25,378 nt of DNA from a virus. Taxonomy: Duplodnaviria > Caudoviricetes. Below, piece by piece: positions 8,178-17,592 of the stretch (positions are counted from its first letter, which is position 1; every line of letters begins with the position of its first letter). Location of the stretch: IMG/VR virus record IMGVR_UViG_3300008255_000445, positions 1-25,378 of that record, one strand, 5' to 3'. The position numbers and the translations under genes are program-made. Under the pieces are notes generated by a model. That model made no database searches. It had not been told where the DNA came from and saw nothing but the letters and a program-made list of their open reading frames with translations.

Positions 8178-9491
8178 ATGACAGCGCTCTCGTTCACCAA
8201 CGCCATGACGCTTCTTGGTCTCGGCGTCAAAATGCTCGACCAGACCAAGAAGTTTCGAGATTCGAATAGTCCGAATCTCGCCGCTATGCGTGCCGCCGTG
8301 CAGGCGGCGAACGAGGGCGAACGAATTGATGATGTGCTTCTCCAGACGCGCGGCCTTCTAGACTCAATCAACGGCCGTCTAGAGCCATCGTCTGTGCAGT
8401 CATTCCTTGCGCCGTTTCTTGACGAAGTCAGCTTAGCGATTGAAAAGCCTCTCTCTGGCTACGAAGAGCAACTCCGCGACTTGCGCGACTACATGACAGC
8501 TAACGCAAAAACAGTCAAGACTCGCGCGATGTCTGTTGGCTCAGTCACCGCTGGCGGCTCGAACGTCGGCACCGGCATCGCAAAATGCCTTAGTCTTGAC
8601 ATTCTCGGGAATCAGATCCAGAGCTCCAGGGCTGACGCACCGACGATTCTTTGTACCAATGCCCAGGGCTCTGCGGGTAGCACCGGAGCCGGCAAACGCA
8701 ACAACGAGCTCTTCAGCTATCGCGGCGCCAACGCGCCGGGTGGATCGGGCTTGATTCTGCCAATCGCTGCCGCCTGGGACAGCGAGGCGAATCTCCAAAA
8801 CTCAAGGTTTGCGGGCTTCACCGGAACAAAGCCGACGGCCGGAAGCCCGGTCACGCCGGCCGCGGTCGGTGCGTTCAACGGCTGGACAATGAGCGCTACG
8901 ACGAACTTTCGTTGTGGGCTGGACTTCGCAGCGCGCTATCCCGCAGGCGGCGCATCGACGGCCTATCATCTCAGCTTCGTCGGCAACGGAACGATCACTC
9001 AAAACCTCGCTCAGCGAGGCGCCTCGTTTAATCCACGCACCCCTTACTTGCCAGCGGCGCTGATCTATAGAGAAGGCACATCGGACCTCGATATCACGCT
9101 GACCTGGGGATCCAAGTCTCAGACCTTCCAACTCGACGGAGGGAGCTTTGGAGATGGCGCCTACACCTGGGCTGTTGTAGACATCGACAAGGACCTCTAC
9201 GCAAAAAATTGGTGGTCAGACTCAGCAAACTTCGCCATCACAGGCGCGAACTGGTCGACGGGCAAAGCTCACATTATTCAGTCCGGCTTGTTTTCGCCGG
9301 TGGCCATCAATGGCCTTTGGTATTGGATCCTCGGCGGCGCAACGCCTTTTCAGGTCGGGGACCTGTTCGCCCAAACGATCACTCAAAGCAGCGACGGCAT
9401 CAACCAGCGTTGGTTGACTGCCGAGGCTCAAGTTTCCAGCGGCATTGTGCTGCCCTACTCGGGCATGCCAACCAACGACGATGCGAGCTGA
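8178..9491 (+). CDS. Virion structural protein in neck position (helical N-terminus, Gly/Thr/Asn-rich beta C-terminus)
   Basis: AAGGAG RBS, 437 aa, between head closure and tail tube. 'NLQNSRF...GWT...LSFVGNGTITQNL' resembles carbohydrate-binding jelly-roll modules. Confidence 0.6.
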   Translation: MTALSFTNAMTLLGLGVKMLDQTKKFRDSNSPNLAAMRAAVQAANEGERIDDVLLQTRGLLDSINGRLEPSSVQSFLAPFLDEVSLAIEKPLSGYEEQLRDLRDYMTANAKTVKTRAMSVGSVTAGGSNVGTGIAKCLSLDILGNQIQSSRADAPTILCTNAQGSAGSTGAGKRNNELFSYRGANAPGGSGLILPIAAAWDSEANLQNSRFAGFTGTKPTAGSPVTPAAVGAFNGWTMSATTNFRCGLDFAARYPAGGASTAYHLSFVGNGTITQNLAQRGASFNPRTPYLPAALIYREGTSDLDITLTWGSKSQTFQLDGGSFGDGAYTWAVVDIDKDLYAKNWWSDSANFAITGANWSTGKAHIIQSGLFSPVAINGLWYWILGGATPFQVGDLFAQTITQSSDGINQRWLTAEAQVSSGIVLPYSGMPTNDDAS

Positions 9492-9494
9492 TCT

Positions 9495-10025
9495 ATGGCT
9501 GAGCCCACAGCTGCAAATATCTTTCGGTCGCCAGGCAAGCTCATTGCAAGTCCGTCGGGCTACGACCCAGACAACAACCACGGCGGCGTAGTCCTAGGCG
9601 CCATTACGGGCCTCTGGCTCGACATGGGCCTACGACACGAGCCCGTGTATTTCGACGAGCTCGGCAAGGCCGGAGAGGTCATCACCTTCGCCGACGAGCC
9701 TCTCGTCATGGTGTCGCTTCGAAGCCGCGACGACGACGCCCTCGAGCGAGTTTTGCCCAACCACGCCGCAAGTATCACCACGATCGGCGGCGACCCAACC
9801 TTTCTTTCGAAAACCAAATCTCTCTCTCTTCTCTTCGCCCCTGATGATCCGGATGCCCCCGGTTTCATTCTTCTGAATGCTGTGCCGATGGCGCGGACTG
9901 AGGAGCTCGGATTAAGGTTTTCAATCCTTCGTGAGCAGAATCTCTACGTGACATTCCTGGGCCTGCCGACGAGTTCCAGCAGCATGACGAGCGGGCGAGT
10001 CGGCAAGACTGCGAGCATCCTATGA
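9495..10025 (+). CDS. Major tail tube protein (siphovirus type)
   Basis: 176 aa with the pattern 'NIFRSPGKL...LGAITG...FDELG...LLFAP...L.FS...E..L.VTF.GL' seen in non-contractile tail tubes. Position agrees. Confidence 0.7.
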   Translation: MAEPTAANIFRSPGKLIASPSGYDPDNNHGGVVLGAITGLWLDMGLRHEPVYFDELGKAGEVITFADEPLVMVSLRSRDDDALERVLPNHAASITTIGGDPTFLSKTKSLSLLFAPDDPDAPGFILLNAVPMARTEELGLRFSILREQNLYVTFLGLPTSSSSMTSGRVGKTASIL

Positions 10026-10375
10026 CTCAAGACAAGGTCATGTTCTGGCGGATGTTCCTCGCGACAGGAGTCGCCTCGATCGGCCCCGGAGAGTGGTCGA
10101 TGCTCAGTCAGGAGGACCGTGCCGCGCTCGTCGAGGCCGGCAAGGCAAAGCGCCAGGAGGACATCACAGCGCTGGCTCGAGCCCTGAGTGATTCCGAATT
10201 CCGCGAGAGCTTGGCGCAACTCCCGGAGGCTTTCGCAGACTTCGAGGAGGTGGCCAACGCAAAGGGGATGCTGCTGGCGACTCGCGAGGCTTTAAATTCC
10301 ATGAGGTCAAACAATGCGAACCAAGACATTGCTCGCTCGCCGAATTTCAAGCCTCGCGACAGCGGGCCTGAATGA
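10022..10375 (+). CDS. Probable tail assembly chaperone
   Basis: Small helical protein coupled (ATGA) directly after the tail tube. Positional inference only. Confidence 0.5.
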   Translation: MTQDKVMFWRMFLATGVASIGPGEWSMLSQEDRAALVEAGKAKRQEDITALARALSDSEFRESLAQLPEAFADFEEVANAKGMLLATREALNSMRSNNANQDIARSPNFKPRDSGPE

Positions 10376-11036
10376 CCGAGCTCTTGACCGAGCCTTCTTT
10401 GGCAGCTACGGAGGTAAGTTTTCAGCCTTTGGGATTCAGGGCAACCTCTTCGAGGGCGCGAGTTTCTACGGGGCTTCAAAGGTCCTAGCGCCATCGGTCC
10501 GTGCCGAGCTCGCTGCAATCGAACAAATGACGACCTATGGCTATGACTACGGCGATCTCGGCGGCCCGATCAGTTCCAATTTCCTCATTCATGCCGGGCA
10601 AGACTTGCCCTCTGTCGGATTCTCTCTGGGGCAGTTTTACCAGCCTTACGATGAGGCGCAAAAAGAGGTCGAAAAACTTGTGCGCTCTGAGCGCATTCAA
10701 TTCGTGGACTCAGACTACTCCAGAGACCTGGCCAAAGATTCGAGGGTTCGCTACACAGGCTCAGGGATTGACGAGGGCCCGAAATCAAACAAACGCTATC
10801 TCATGGACATCTTCAATGCAAAGGTGCGGATGTTTAAGGGCGACCGCGAGGCCTTCGACATGGTCATGAAGCAAAGCGCCGCAATCATGGCCAGTCCGGA
10901 CGTCGTCAATGAGGCCACGGTCCGCAGTGCAGAATCCGCAGAAAAGGCTTTTACCGCAGTCTTGAGTCTAGGACCGCAAGCCGTCACAGCGTTTGTGACA
11001 GCCTGCAAAAACTTTGCGACTTACTGGGGGATGTAA
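10314..11036 (+). CDS. Short tape-measure-position protein A (paralog of 11036-11731)
   Basis: GAGGT RBS before ATG 10314. 240 aa, helical. Shares motifs with the next ORF. Confidence 0.6.
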   Translation: MRTKTLLARRISSLATAGLNDRALDRAFFGSYGGKFSAFGIQGNLFEGASFYGASKVLAPSVRAELAAIEQMTTYGYDYGDLGGPISSNFLIHAGQDLPSVGFSLGQFYQPYDEAQKEVEKLVRSERIQFVDSDYSRDLAKDSRVRYTGSGIDEGPKSNKRYLMDIFNAKVRMFKGDREAFDMVMKQSAAIMASPDVVNEATVRSAESAEKAFTAVLSLGPQAVTAFVTACKNFATYWGM

Positions 11037-11731
11037 TGACAAGCATGTTTACCGGACCAGGCGGAGCTCAGGGTTACTACTCTGGCATGATCCGTAGTGC
11101 CCCAAGCTCATTCTTTTCCTCTATCTTTGCATCGCGCCAAGCCGCGTCGGCTGGAGCGACAGCCGCGGCTGGAGGCGCCGCGGCATCTCAAGGCATGGGC
11201 GGTCAATTTGTTCGATATGCGACCTACGCGGCGGCCGCCAAAATTGGCTACGACTACTTGGGCGGTCGCATCGTCGCTCGCGGTGTCAGTCGCTTCGTGA
11301 GCGATCGAGCCATGGGATACAACATGGGCACAGACCCTGAGCAGCATTTCTATGGCCGACTGGCCGAGGCGACGCAGGAGGCGCCCTTCGGCATCGGTGA
11401 AGCTATGCAGAATTACTACAATCCGTATGATCGCGCCGAGAATCGTCAAAAGGGCGAAGTGGCAATGATCACGCGAGGCGGCGGAGAGGTGTCGCCAGAA
11501 ACGGTTGCCTCCGGCTTAAAGTACAAGATCAGGGAGGAAAAGAAAGTTCAAGAAGCCGTTGAGATGGTTGAAAAGCAATCAGCTGCAATCAAAGGATCTG
11601 AGGCCGTTAGAAATCAGGCCGTCGTTGTGTTCGCGGATGCTGTAGAGCAATTCAAAAGCGCCGTCGGACTGATGATCAAAGAAGCTCCGTCGCAGGCTGC
11701 TGCTGCCGTGAAGCTCGCCTTGACGAAGTGA
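11036..11731 (+). CDS. Short tape-measure-position protein B
   Basis: TAATG coupling. 231 aa, Ala/Gly-rich, helical, with a TMP-like 'AASAGATAAAGGAAA' stretch. Confidence 0.62.
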   Translation: MTSMFTGPGGAQGYYSGMIRSAPSSFFSSIFASRQAASAGATAAAGGAAASQGMGGQFVRYATYAAAAKIGYDYLGGRIVARGVSRFVSDRAMGYNMGTDPEQHFYGRLAEATQEAPFGIGEAMQNYYNPYDRAENRQKGEVAMITRGGGEVSPETVASGLKYKIREEKKVQEAVEMVEKQSAAIKGSEAVRNQAVVVFADAVEQFKSAVGLMIKEAPSQAAAAVKLALTK

Positions 11732-11742
11732 GAGATTAAGCA

Positions 11743-13848
11743 ATGAGAGCGAAGATTGAGGACTTCGACATCCCTGAAATGGGCCCAGCTCAGTGGGCTT
11801 CTCAGCCTGGATTTTTCCCGGCCGTCTCTCAATTTTTCGTCGTCAAGGGCGTGGCCCGGCAACTACGCAACCTCAAACGCGGTTTGACTCTGCGCATTGG
11901 AGATCGCACGATCAAGGAGCTGCGCCTTATTGCGATCTCGCCAGGCTACGGCGCGGGCGATGTCGAGACCAGTTTTGAGCGCATCACACTCGCCGACCGG
12001 CGCTATGACTTGCTCCATGACATTCTCGATTGCACGCTCAATATGCGCCGGCGCACTGGCGTGGCCTTCGCCAATCAAGACAGAGCCGCGACTCACCAGG
12101 TCAACAACGCCAATGCAATTCCCGAGGAGGAGTATTACCCAATCACACTGAACCCGGCGACCGGCAAGCCCTGGACGAGCGCTGAGTTTTTCATCGAGAT
12201 GCTAGGCCGTAGCAATCTGACGCTGCTCCCAATTCCTCAAGGATTCCCGAGCGGCGATCTACTCGGCGGGCAAGGGTTTTCGCATCGAGGAACGATCGCT
12301 GACATTCTGACGCAGCTCATGACTGGTATCCCGCGCTACGAGTTCAATCTTGACGACGACGGAGTCGGCTATTTTTACGACCGCTCGAATCGAACGGATG
12401 GAGAGTCTTGGGCTGCAAACGTCGCGCGCTATGGGACAGCTCGCGGTGGCGGAGTTTACGGTTACAGCGCCCTGAGAATCATTCGCGCCAAGTCCGTGCG
12501 CATTCATTTTGAATGCGCCGCTGAAATGCTCTTTCGCTACATTCAGCAGCTCGATCGAGAGTACGCAACTCAGTCGCCGGCGCCTCTGATCCCTGGAGAC
12601 ATTCCAGCGCCGCGCCTTGAAAACGTCATTGTTAATCCAGTGGAGGTCATGCCCTATCTCGGAGAGGAGCTCGTGCGAGGATCAATCATCAACTGGCACG
12701 CTTTCCTGATTGCTCTCGCCGACGCGAATCGCTCTGGAGAGATTCCGCTTCCAATCAACGCGAGAACCAATTACGGACCGCTCTCTGAGAGCTACGTCAA
12801 TGATATGTTCAGTCGCCGGTGGGTTTATTACAACAGCTTCTGTCTCGACAATGGAGGACTGAGCAATCCGCTCTATCGCACAATTGGCGGGAGTGTCTTT
12901 GGCGACTATCGCAAATACTTTCGGCTTCAGGCTCATTGGGCGCGGCACGTTTTGACGATTGAGCCCTATCGCATTGCCTATCTTCAGACATCGACTGGAA
13001 CCCGAGTTCGTTCGCCAGTCTGGTGTCAATTCACAGCAAGGCCAGGACAGCGCTTTTTTTCCACTCGAAAGCGCACGGACGCGAATGAAAGATTCCAGTA
13101 CAACGAGCGCGACCCCAATACCGTGACATCAATCGACACATTAGAACCAGCGCCAGCCTTCATTGACGTAGACGACCAGGACGCCAAGACCTTGCGCCTG
13201 CAATTCCGCCGCGGGCAGTTCGGAGACGTGGAAGAGTTTGAGCCTATTACCCCAAGCGTCAGGGTTCAGCAGGCGCAGTATGCGGCTGTCCGCACAGAAC
13301 TCGGTAGTGTCCCCATCGAGAATGAGTGGGGCATGGCTACGATTCTGACTCTGCGGCCAATTCCTCGCACTTCAATGAATCACTTTCACACGATTGAAGT
13401 CACTCCCAAGGAGGCCGCCAAAGCTATTGGTCTGCCGGAAGATCACTACGGACCTTGCGAGGGGCCGACGATCGATATTTTCGTAGAACCCATCGAGGGC
13501 GCAGTCGCCTTGTTTGCCTATTCCGAGGGTGACGAGGTCGCTCTGAGCGCACCTTTTTTTGACACCACTTCGCGCTTTCCAGAGAGCGCGTTGGCCAACC
13601 TGGAAGACATCCGCAAGCTCGCTCTTGCTCACGCAGCGGGTTATTACTACACGGTAGAAGACAACCTCGAGGGCGTCTTCACGGCGCCGAATGCTGGGCA
13701 GGATGTCCGTCTCAAAGGAAGCGGCACCCGCGTCCTCAGCACTCCCGACATGCACACTGTTGAATTCACGACAGGAGCTCCGCCAATCAATCCGCTCGCC
13801 TTCGTGCCTCAGCGATTGGTTGATCGATTAATGAGGAGAATCAAGTAA
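11743..13848 (+). CDS. Tail tip / baseplate hub-like protein
   Basis: 701-aa ORF downstream of the TMP position, with hub-like segments ('ITLADRR', 'TIADILTQLM...YEFNLDDDG'). Function inferred. Confidence 0.55.
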   Translation: MRAKIEDFDIPEMGPAQWASQPGFFPAVSQFFVVKGVARQLRNLKRGLTLRIGDRTIKELRLIAISPGYGAGDVETSFERITLADRRYDLLHDILDCTLNMRRRTGVAFANQDRAATHQVNNANAIPEEEYYPITLNPATGKPWTSAEFFIEMLGRSNLTLLPIPQGFPSGDLLGGQGFSHRGTIADILTQLMTGIPRYEFNLDDDGVGYFYDRSNRTDGESWAANVARYGTARGGGVYGYSALRIIRAKSVRIHFECAAEMLFRYIQQLDREYATQSPAPLIPGDIPAPRLENVIVNPVEVMPYLGEELVRGSIINWHAFLIALADANRSGEIPLPINARTNYGPLSESYVNDMFSRRWVYYNSFCLDNGGLSNPLYRTIGGSVFGDYRKYFRLQAHWARHVLTIEPYRIAYLQTSTGTRVRSPVWCQFTARPGQRFFSTRKRTDANERFQYNERDPNTVTSIDTLEPAPAFIDVDDQDAKTLRLQFRRGQFGDVEEFEPITPSVRVQQAQYAAVRTELGSVPIENEWGMATILTLRPIPRTSMNHFHTIEVTPKEAAKAIGLPEDHYGPCEGPTIDIFVEPIEGAVALFAYSEGDEVALSAPFFDTTSRFPESALANLEDIRKLALAHAAGYYYTVEDNLEGVFTAPNAGQDVRLKGSGTRVLSTPDMHTVEFTTGAPPINPLAFVPQRLVDRLMRRIK

Positions 13849-15284
13849 TGGGAGCGATCAGCAGGAGCTACGGACTGACTTACAACGGCGTCGAGTTCGG
13901 AGGAACTTCAACCGCCTACATCCTCATCTCTCCCATCTCTCGAAGCGTGGCCTACCAGGCCGAAACCTTGAGTTGTAGAATTCGCATCGACGGCACATCG
14001 AGCACACTCAACGATCTCTGCGAATCGATGTTCGCGGCGATCCGATCGCCGCGAAAAAGCCTGACTCTCGCGCAAGGCGCGACGACGACTTGGACCGAGG
14101 GCACGAACGCAATCAGCATTAGCGCGGAGGCTCGCCGGGTCGACGAGTCCCGCTTCAACTCACGCACGACGCGAGAGTATGAGCTTTCCTTCGTGGTGAT
14201 GAAGACGGCCGACGATTCAGCCGACGAGGGCATTCGAGAATACAAGTTCACTATCGTTCAAGGCCTGAACGGTGTGCGCACCGTCAGTATGGCCATAGAC
14301 TTCACCCAGTTCGATGGCGACACCGCATCAAAAGTGTACGCCGATCAGTACGACACGCTTTCTGGAGCGATTCTTCTCCTCGCGACTGCTGACAACACCA
14401 TTGAATGGAAGGAAGGTGCCAGACAGATCGACCGGATGCGCTTTGACAAAGTGCTGCGGGTGACGAGCTCATTCGAAGAGCAAATCTTCTACGACAATCA
14501 GGACGAGCTTTTCGAGGATTCGGTTCGATCGAAGTCGGTCACGATCCGCCAGCGTTCGAGTCAGCGCGGTGGCCAAGCAGTTCAAGGCGCTTCCACCCCA
14601 ACGCTCGTCGAGGCCAATGTCGAAATCATGCTCGACAAGGAGATTAGCCAGGACCTCAAAGACTTCTATGAGTCCAAGGTCGAGCTCTACGTTAGGCACT
14701 ACATGTCTGAGCAGGGCATTGAGGCCGTAAGGAACGCGAGCTCTCCGCCGCGCATTATGACGGAAAGCGTGGACTTTGACCCCGTGATGAATGCCCTTCG
14801 CGGATCCTTTGTGTTCGTTTTCGACGCGGTTTTCGATGTGATTCTGGCAAGCGTGATGGCGGCCTATCAGTACATGCCGCCGGTCAAAAAAATTCCCACC
14901 TACGAAAACAACGGCATGGGTCGCATTCGGCTGCCAGGCGTAGGCGGGGCGACCTTCACGATTACGGCTCGCGCCCAGGTCTATGGCGGCCTCGCTCAGG
15001 CTGAGGCCGTTGCGCGAGCTCTGCTCTACGCGCCGACGCGAACGACCTTTGGCGGTAGCTTTCGCGCGACAGACGGCCGGCCTCTCAGTCGCGCAAACTA
15101 CAACGCCATCGGGATTAGCGGCGGAGGCTGGACCTTCGATGGGGAGTCGCCGGCCTACGCGGGGCCGATCTGGGATGACTCGAGTCCTCAGCGTGAGATA
15201 GCAGGTTGCGAGCTTTCGCAGCTCTGGGACTACGACCTTGACGCCAGCAACGCCAACGGCGGCAGCTTCGAGCGAGGGAACTGA
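13848..15284 (+). CDS. Tail tip protein with distal-tail (Dit)-like N-terminus
   Basis: TAATG coupling, 478 aa. 'LTYNGVEFG...TLSCRIRIDG...LNDLCESMFAAI...LTL' resembles Dit/tube-fold starts. Inference. Confidence 0.5.
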   Translation: MGAISRSYGLTYNGVEFGGTSTAYILISPISRSVAYQAETLSCRIRIDGTSSTLNDLCESMFAAIRSPRKSLTLAQGATTTWTEGTNAISISAEARRVDESRFNSRTTREYELSFVVMKTADDSADEGIREYKFTIVQGLNGVRTVSMAIDFTQFDGDTASKVYADQYDTLSGAILLLATADNTIEWKEGARQIDRMRFDKVLRVTSSFEEQIFYDNQDELFEDSVRSKSVTIRQRSSQRGGQAVQGASTPTLVEANVEIMLDKEISQDLKDFYESKVELYVRHYMSEQGIEAVRNASSPPRIMTESVDFDPVMNALRGSFVFVFDAVFDVILASVMAAYQYMPPVKKIPTYENNGMGRIRLPGVGGATFTITARAQVYGGLAQAEAVARALLYAPTRTTFGGSFRATDGRPLSRANYNAIGISGGGWTFDGESPAYAGPIWDDSSPQREIAGCELSQLWDYDLDASNANGGSFERGN

Positions 15285-17362
15285 TGGATATCCTGACCTC
15301 GCAGCTGGCCTACCTCCCGCTCCAGCACCACGACCCCGAATACGAAGAGCACTTTAGGATTCTGCTCAAAGGCTTTCGCATCCCGACGCTGGGCGACGCC
15401 GAGCCTTACTACGTGGACTCGCTGACCGAGGGACCAATCACAGGCTGGTTTCTGGCTGAAGCCGTAGACTTTGAAAAGGAACCCAGGCAATGGCGCATGG
15501 CCTCGCCGGCGACCGCTGAGGGATCGGCCAACTGGGCTCCTCGGGCTGAGTCCTGGGACAGCCCGCGTGATGGTCTGGCGTTGCTTCCTGCCGGCGCGCC
15601 TCTTGGGCTTAGCTACCCTGGCGGCTATCCCGCGATCGTTGTCGCTGGACACAGCATGGACAAGGAGGCGCTGCTATCGTCGCCGTCTTGGGCGGGCCTA
15701 GTCGCGCCGACTCGCGGGGGTCAGCTCAAGTTTGCCAGCGCCGTTTGGGACATCGCCGGCGGCGACCTCGATCAGTCCGCCTACGCCCCAATCATTTCAG
15801 CCTGGCATCTTTACCAACGGCCAGACGGAAACGGCATGTTTGGTGCAGCAAGCCCTGACAAGTATCTCGGGATCGCTTGGCAGATGGGGATTGGGGCAGG
15901 AGCTGACGAGCCCCTTGAGGGTGTTGCTGGCCTTGGCATGTGCGCAGATTTTGGCTTTGGCCGGGAGCTCTTCGCCGCTGCAAGCTACAACGGCGGCGGA
16001 CCGCTGGACTGCGGCAACCCCAGCGACAAGCACAAGATTGCGGCCAGCGGCGGATTGAGAGGCAAGGCAATCAATGCCGTTCACTTATCCACACAATCAG
16101 TTTTTATGCGGCCTGACGGAAGCGGGGACGCAAGCCAGCAAGACGGCGGGCGTTATGTGCAGTGTAGAGCTGGCCCTGTTCATATCGAAGCTTACTGGCG
16201 CTATGACTCCGAAAGCTTTCACGCCTGGCGCTTCGGAGCTGGGGCTGGCCTCTGGCGCTGGCAGGCGTCGGCTTTTATCGCGCTCCCGCCGATCGAAGAC
16301 CCACCGCCGCCAGAGCCACCGCCCAAGGAGCCAAAGAGAGAGTTCATTAACTTCGGCGGCCAGCGACCGCCGCTCAAAGAGGGTTCTCCGCCGGCCCAGC
16401 CTGTACCGAGCCCATCGGCTCCTATGGTGGGATCACTGATAGCGACGGACAGACCTTTGCCATCCTCAGTCGGTGAGATTGGCGTCCGCGGCCTAGTGTT
16501 CCGCGATTCCGCCGATTTTGATAGTTACCGCCTGGGAGCGCTGACGCCTGACGACCGCAATCAAACGAACCCGTTGGACTACGAAGCCATCAAGCGGTGG
16601 CGCCGGGCTGCAGCAGTCATGCGTTTTGATGTCGCGGCTAATCCTAATGCCATGAGCGAAGGGGGCAGATACACCAATATCGGTGCAGGAACGGCCTGGC
16701 TTCTTCCCGCAGAGATAGGTCTCGAAGATGTGATCGACGGCCAGCGCAACGGCACCACGCCATCGGTTGACTACTCGGTGCTTGGCAAGCGCTGGTTAGG
16801 TTTCGGCCTTGGAGTCGGCTTGGCCTTCGGTTGGCCAAACACCGAGGCCCCATGGGACCCAGGTCGAGGATACCAGTTCGAATATGACGACGTCGGAAAC
16901 TACTTTTATTTGCGGACTCGCAGCTCTATTGGCGTGGCGACGGATCTCTGGACCGTGCTTTCGAGTGGCGCCACGACCATTCGAACATCGGTATCGTCCC
17001 CCTCAGTTGTCGGGACAACCGAGATCAAGAGCCCAGCGCTAGTTGCCACAGGCACGGGCAAGGACGCTCAGATAATTAAGGATCCCGCAGGATCCTGGGC
17101 TGATGTCCGCACCCAAAAGCTACAGGACTTCGACGGGACATTGGCGCTCCTTGAGGCTGACCAGGTGTTTTCTGGGGATCAAGAGTTTTCGGGCGAGTTC
17201 GCTCATACCGGCGCAACGTTCGGCGCCTTCGGAGTGACACCCACTACACAGCAGCCATCAATCCCTTCGCCCACAGGTGGCGCAACGCAAGACACAGTGG
17301 CGAGGGCCAGGATCGACGATATCAGGGGCGTTCTCATGGCCCTCGGTTGGATTGCCAGTTAG
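15284..17362 (+). CDS. Tail fibre / receptor-binding-type protein with proline-rich hinge
   Basis: 692 aa, last structural gene, Gly/Trp-rich. Central 'PPIEDPPPPEPPPKEP' linker. C-terminal 'PTGGATQDTVARARIDDIRGVLMALGWIA' resembles the helix ending many phage fibre proteins. Confidence 0.62.
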   Translation: MDILTSQLAYLPLQHHDPEYEEHFRILLKGFRIPTLGDAEPYYVDSLTEGPITGWFLAEAVDFEKEPRQWRMASPATAEGSANWAPRAESWDSPRDGLALLPAGAPLGLSYPGGYPAIVVAGHSMDKEALLSSPSWAGLVAPTRGGQLKFASAVWDIAGGDLDQSAYAPIISAWHLYQRPDGNGMFGAASPDKYLGIAWQMGIGAGADEPLEGVAGLGMCADFGFGRELFAAASYNGGGPLDCGNPSDKHKIAASGGLRGKAINAVHLSTQSVFMRPDGSGDASQQDGGRYVQCRAGPVHIEAYWRYDSESFHAWRFGAGAGLWRWQASAFIALPPIEDPPPPEPPPKEPKREFINFGGQRPPLKEGSPPAQPVPSPSAPMVGSLIATDRPLPSSVGEIGVRGLVFRDSADFDSYRLGALTPDDRNQTNPLDYEAIKRWRRAAAVMRFDVAANPNAMSEGGRYTNIGAGTAWLLPAEIGLEDVIDGQRNGTTPSVDYSVLGKRWLGFGLGVGLAFGWPNTEAPWDPGRGYQFEYDDVGNYFYLRTRSSIGVATDLWTVLSSGATTIRTSVSSPSVVGTTEIKSPALVATGTGKDAQIIKDPAGSWADVRTQKLQDFDGTLALLEADQVFSGDQEFSGEFAHTGATFGAFGVTPTTQQPSIPSPTGGATQDTVARARIDDIRGVLMALGWIAS

Positions 17363-17373
17363 GAGACCTCGAT

Positions 17374-17592
17374 ATGACAGCCATCCAAAAATCTTCTCTC
17401 TCCCTCGAGAAGGCCGTGAAAGAGGCTCGCGCATCGTGCGCCGCGCTCGTTCGAACAGTCGTCGCTCGCGCGCCAAAGGAGCCCGAGAATGCCACCACGA
17501 AACCCATCATCGATGGCAGCCGACGTATCGGCGATCGGAGCCGAGATCAAGTTCGTGCGCGAGATCATCGAGAGAGGGGACAGCGAGGCTGA
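17374..17592 (+). CDS. Small hypothetical protein (72 aa)
   Basis: AGGAG RBS (17361-17365) before ATG 17374. The 3' half overlaps the next gene. Confidence 0.45.
   Translation: MTAIQKSSLSLEKAVKEARASCAALVRTVVARAPKEPENATTKPIIDGSRRIGDRSRDQVRARDHRERGQRG

Noticed and set aside
10289-10371. Slippery heptamer T TTA AAT in the chaperone gene as a lambda G/GT-type -1 frameshift
   Set aside because: The -1 frame stops after about 26 codons and the next gene (10314) is in the +1 frame, so no G-T style fusion results.
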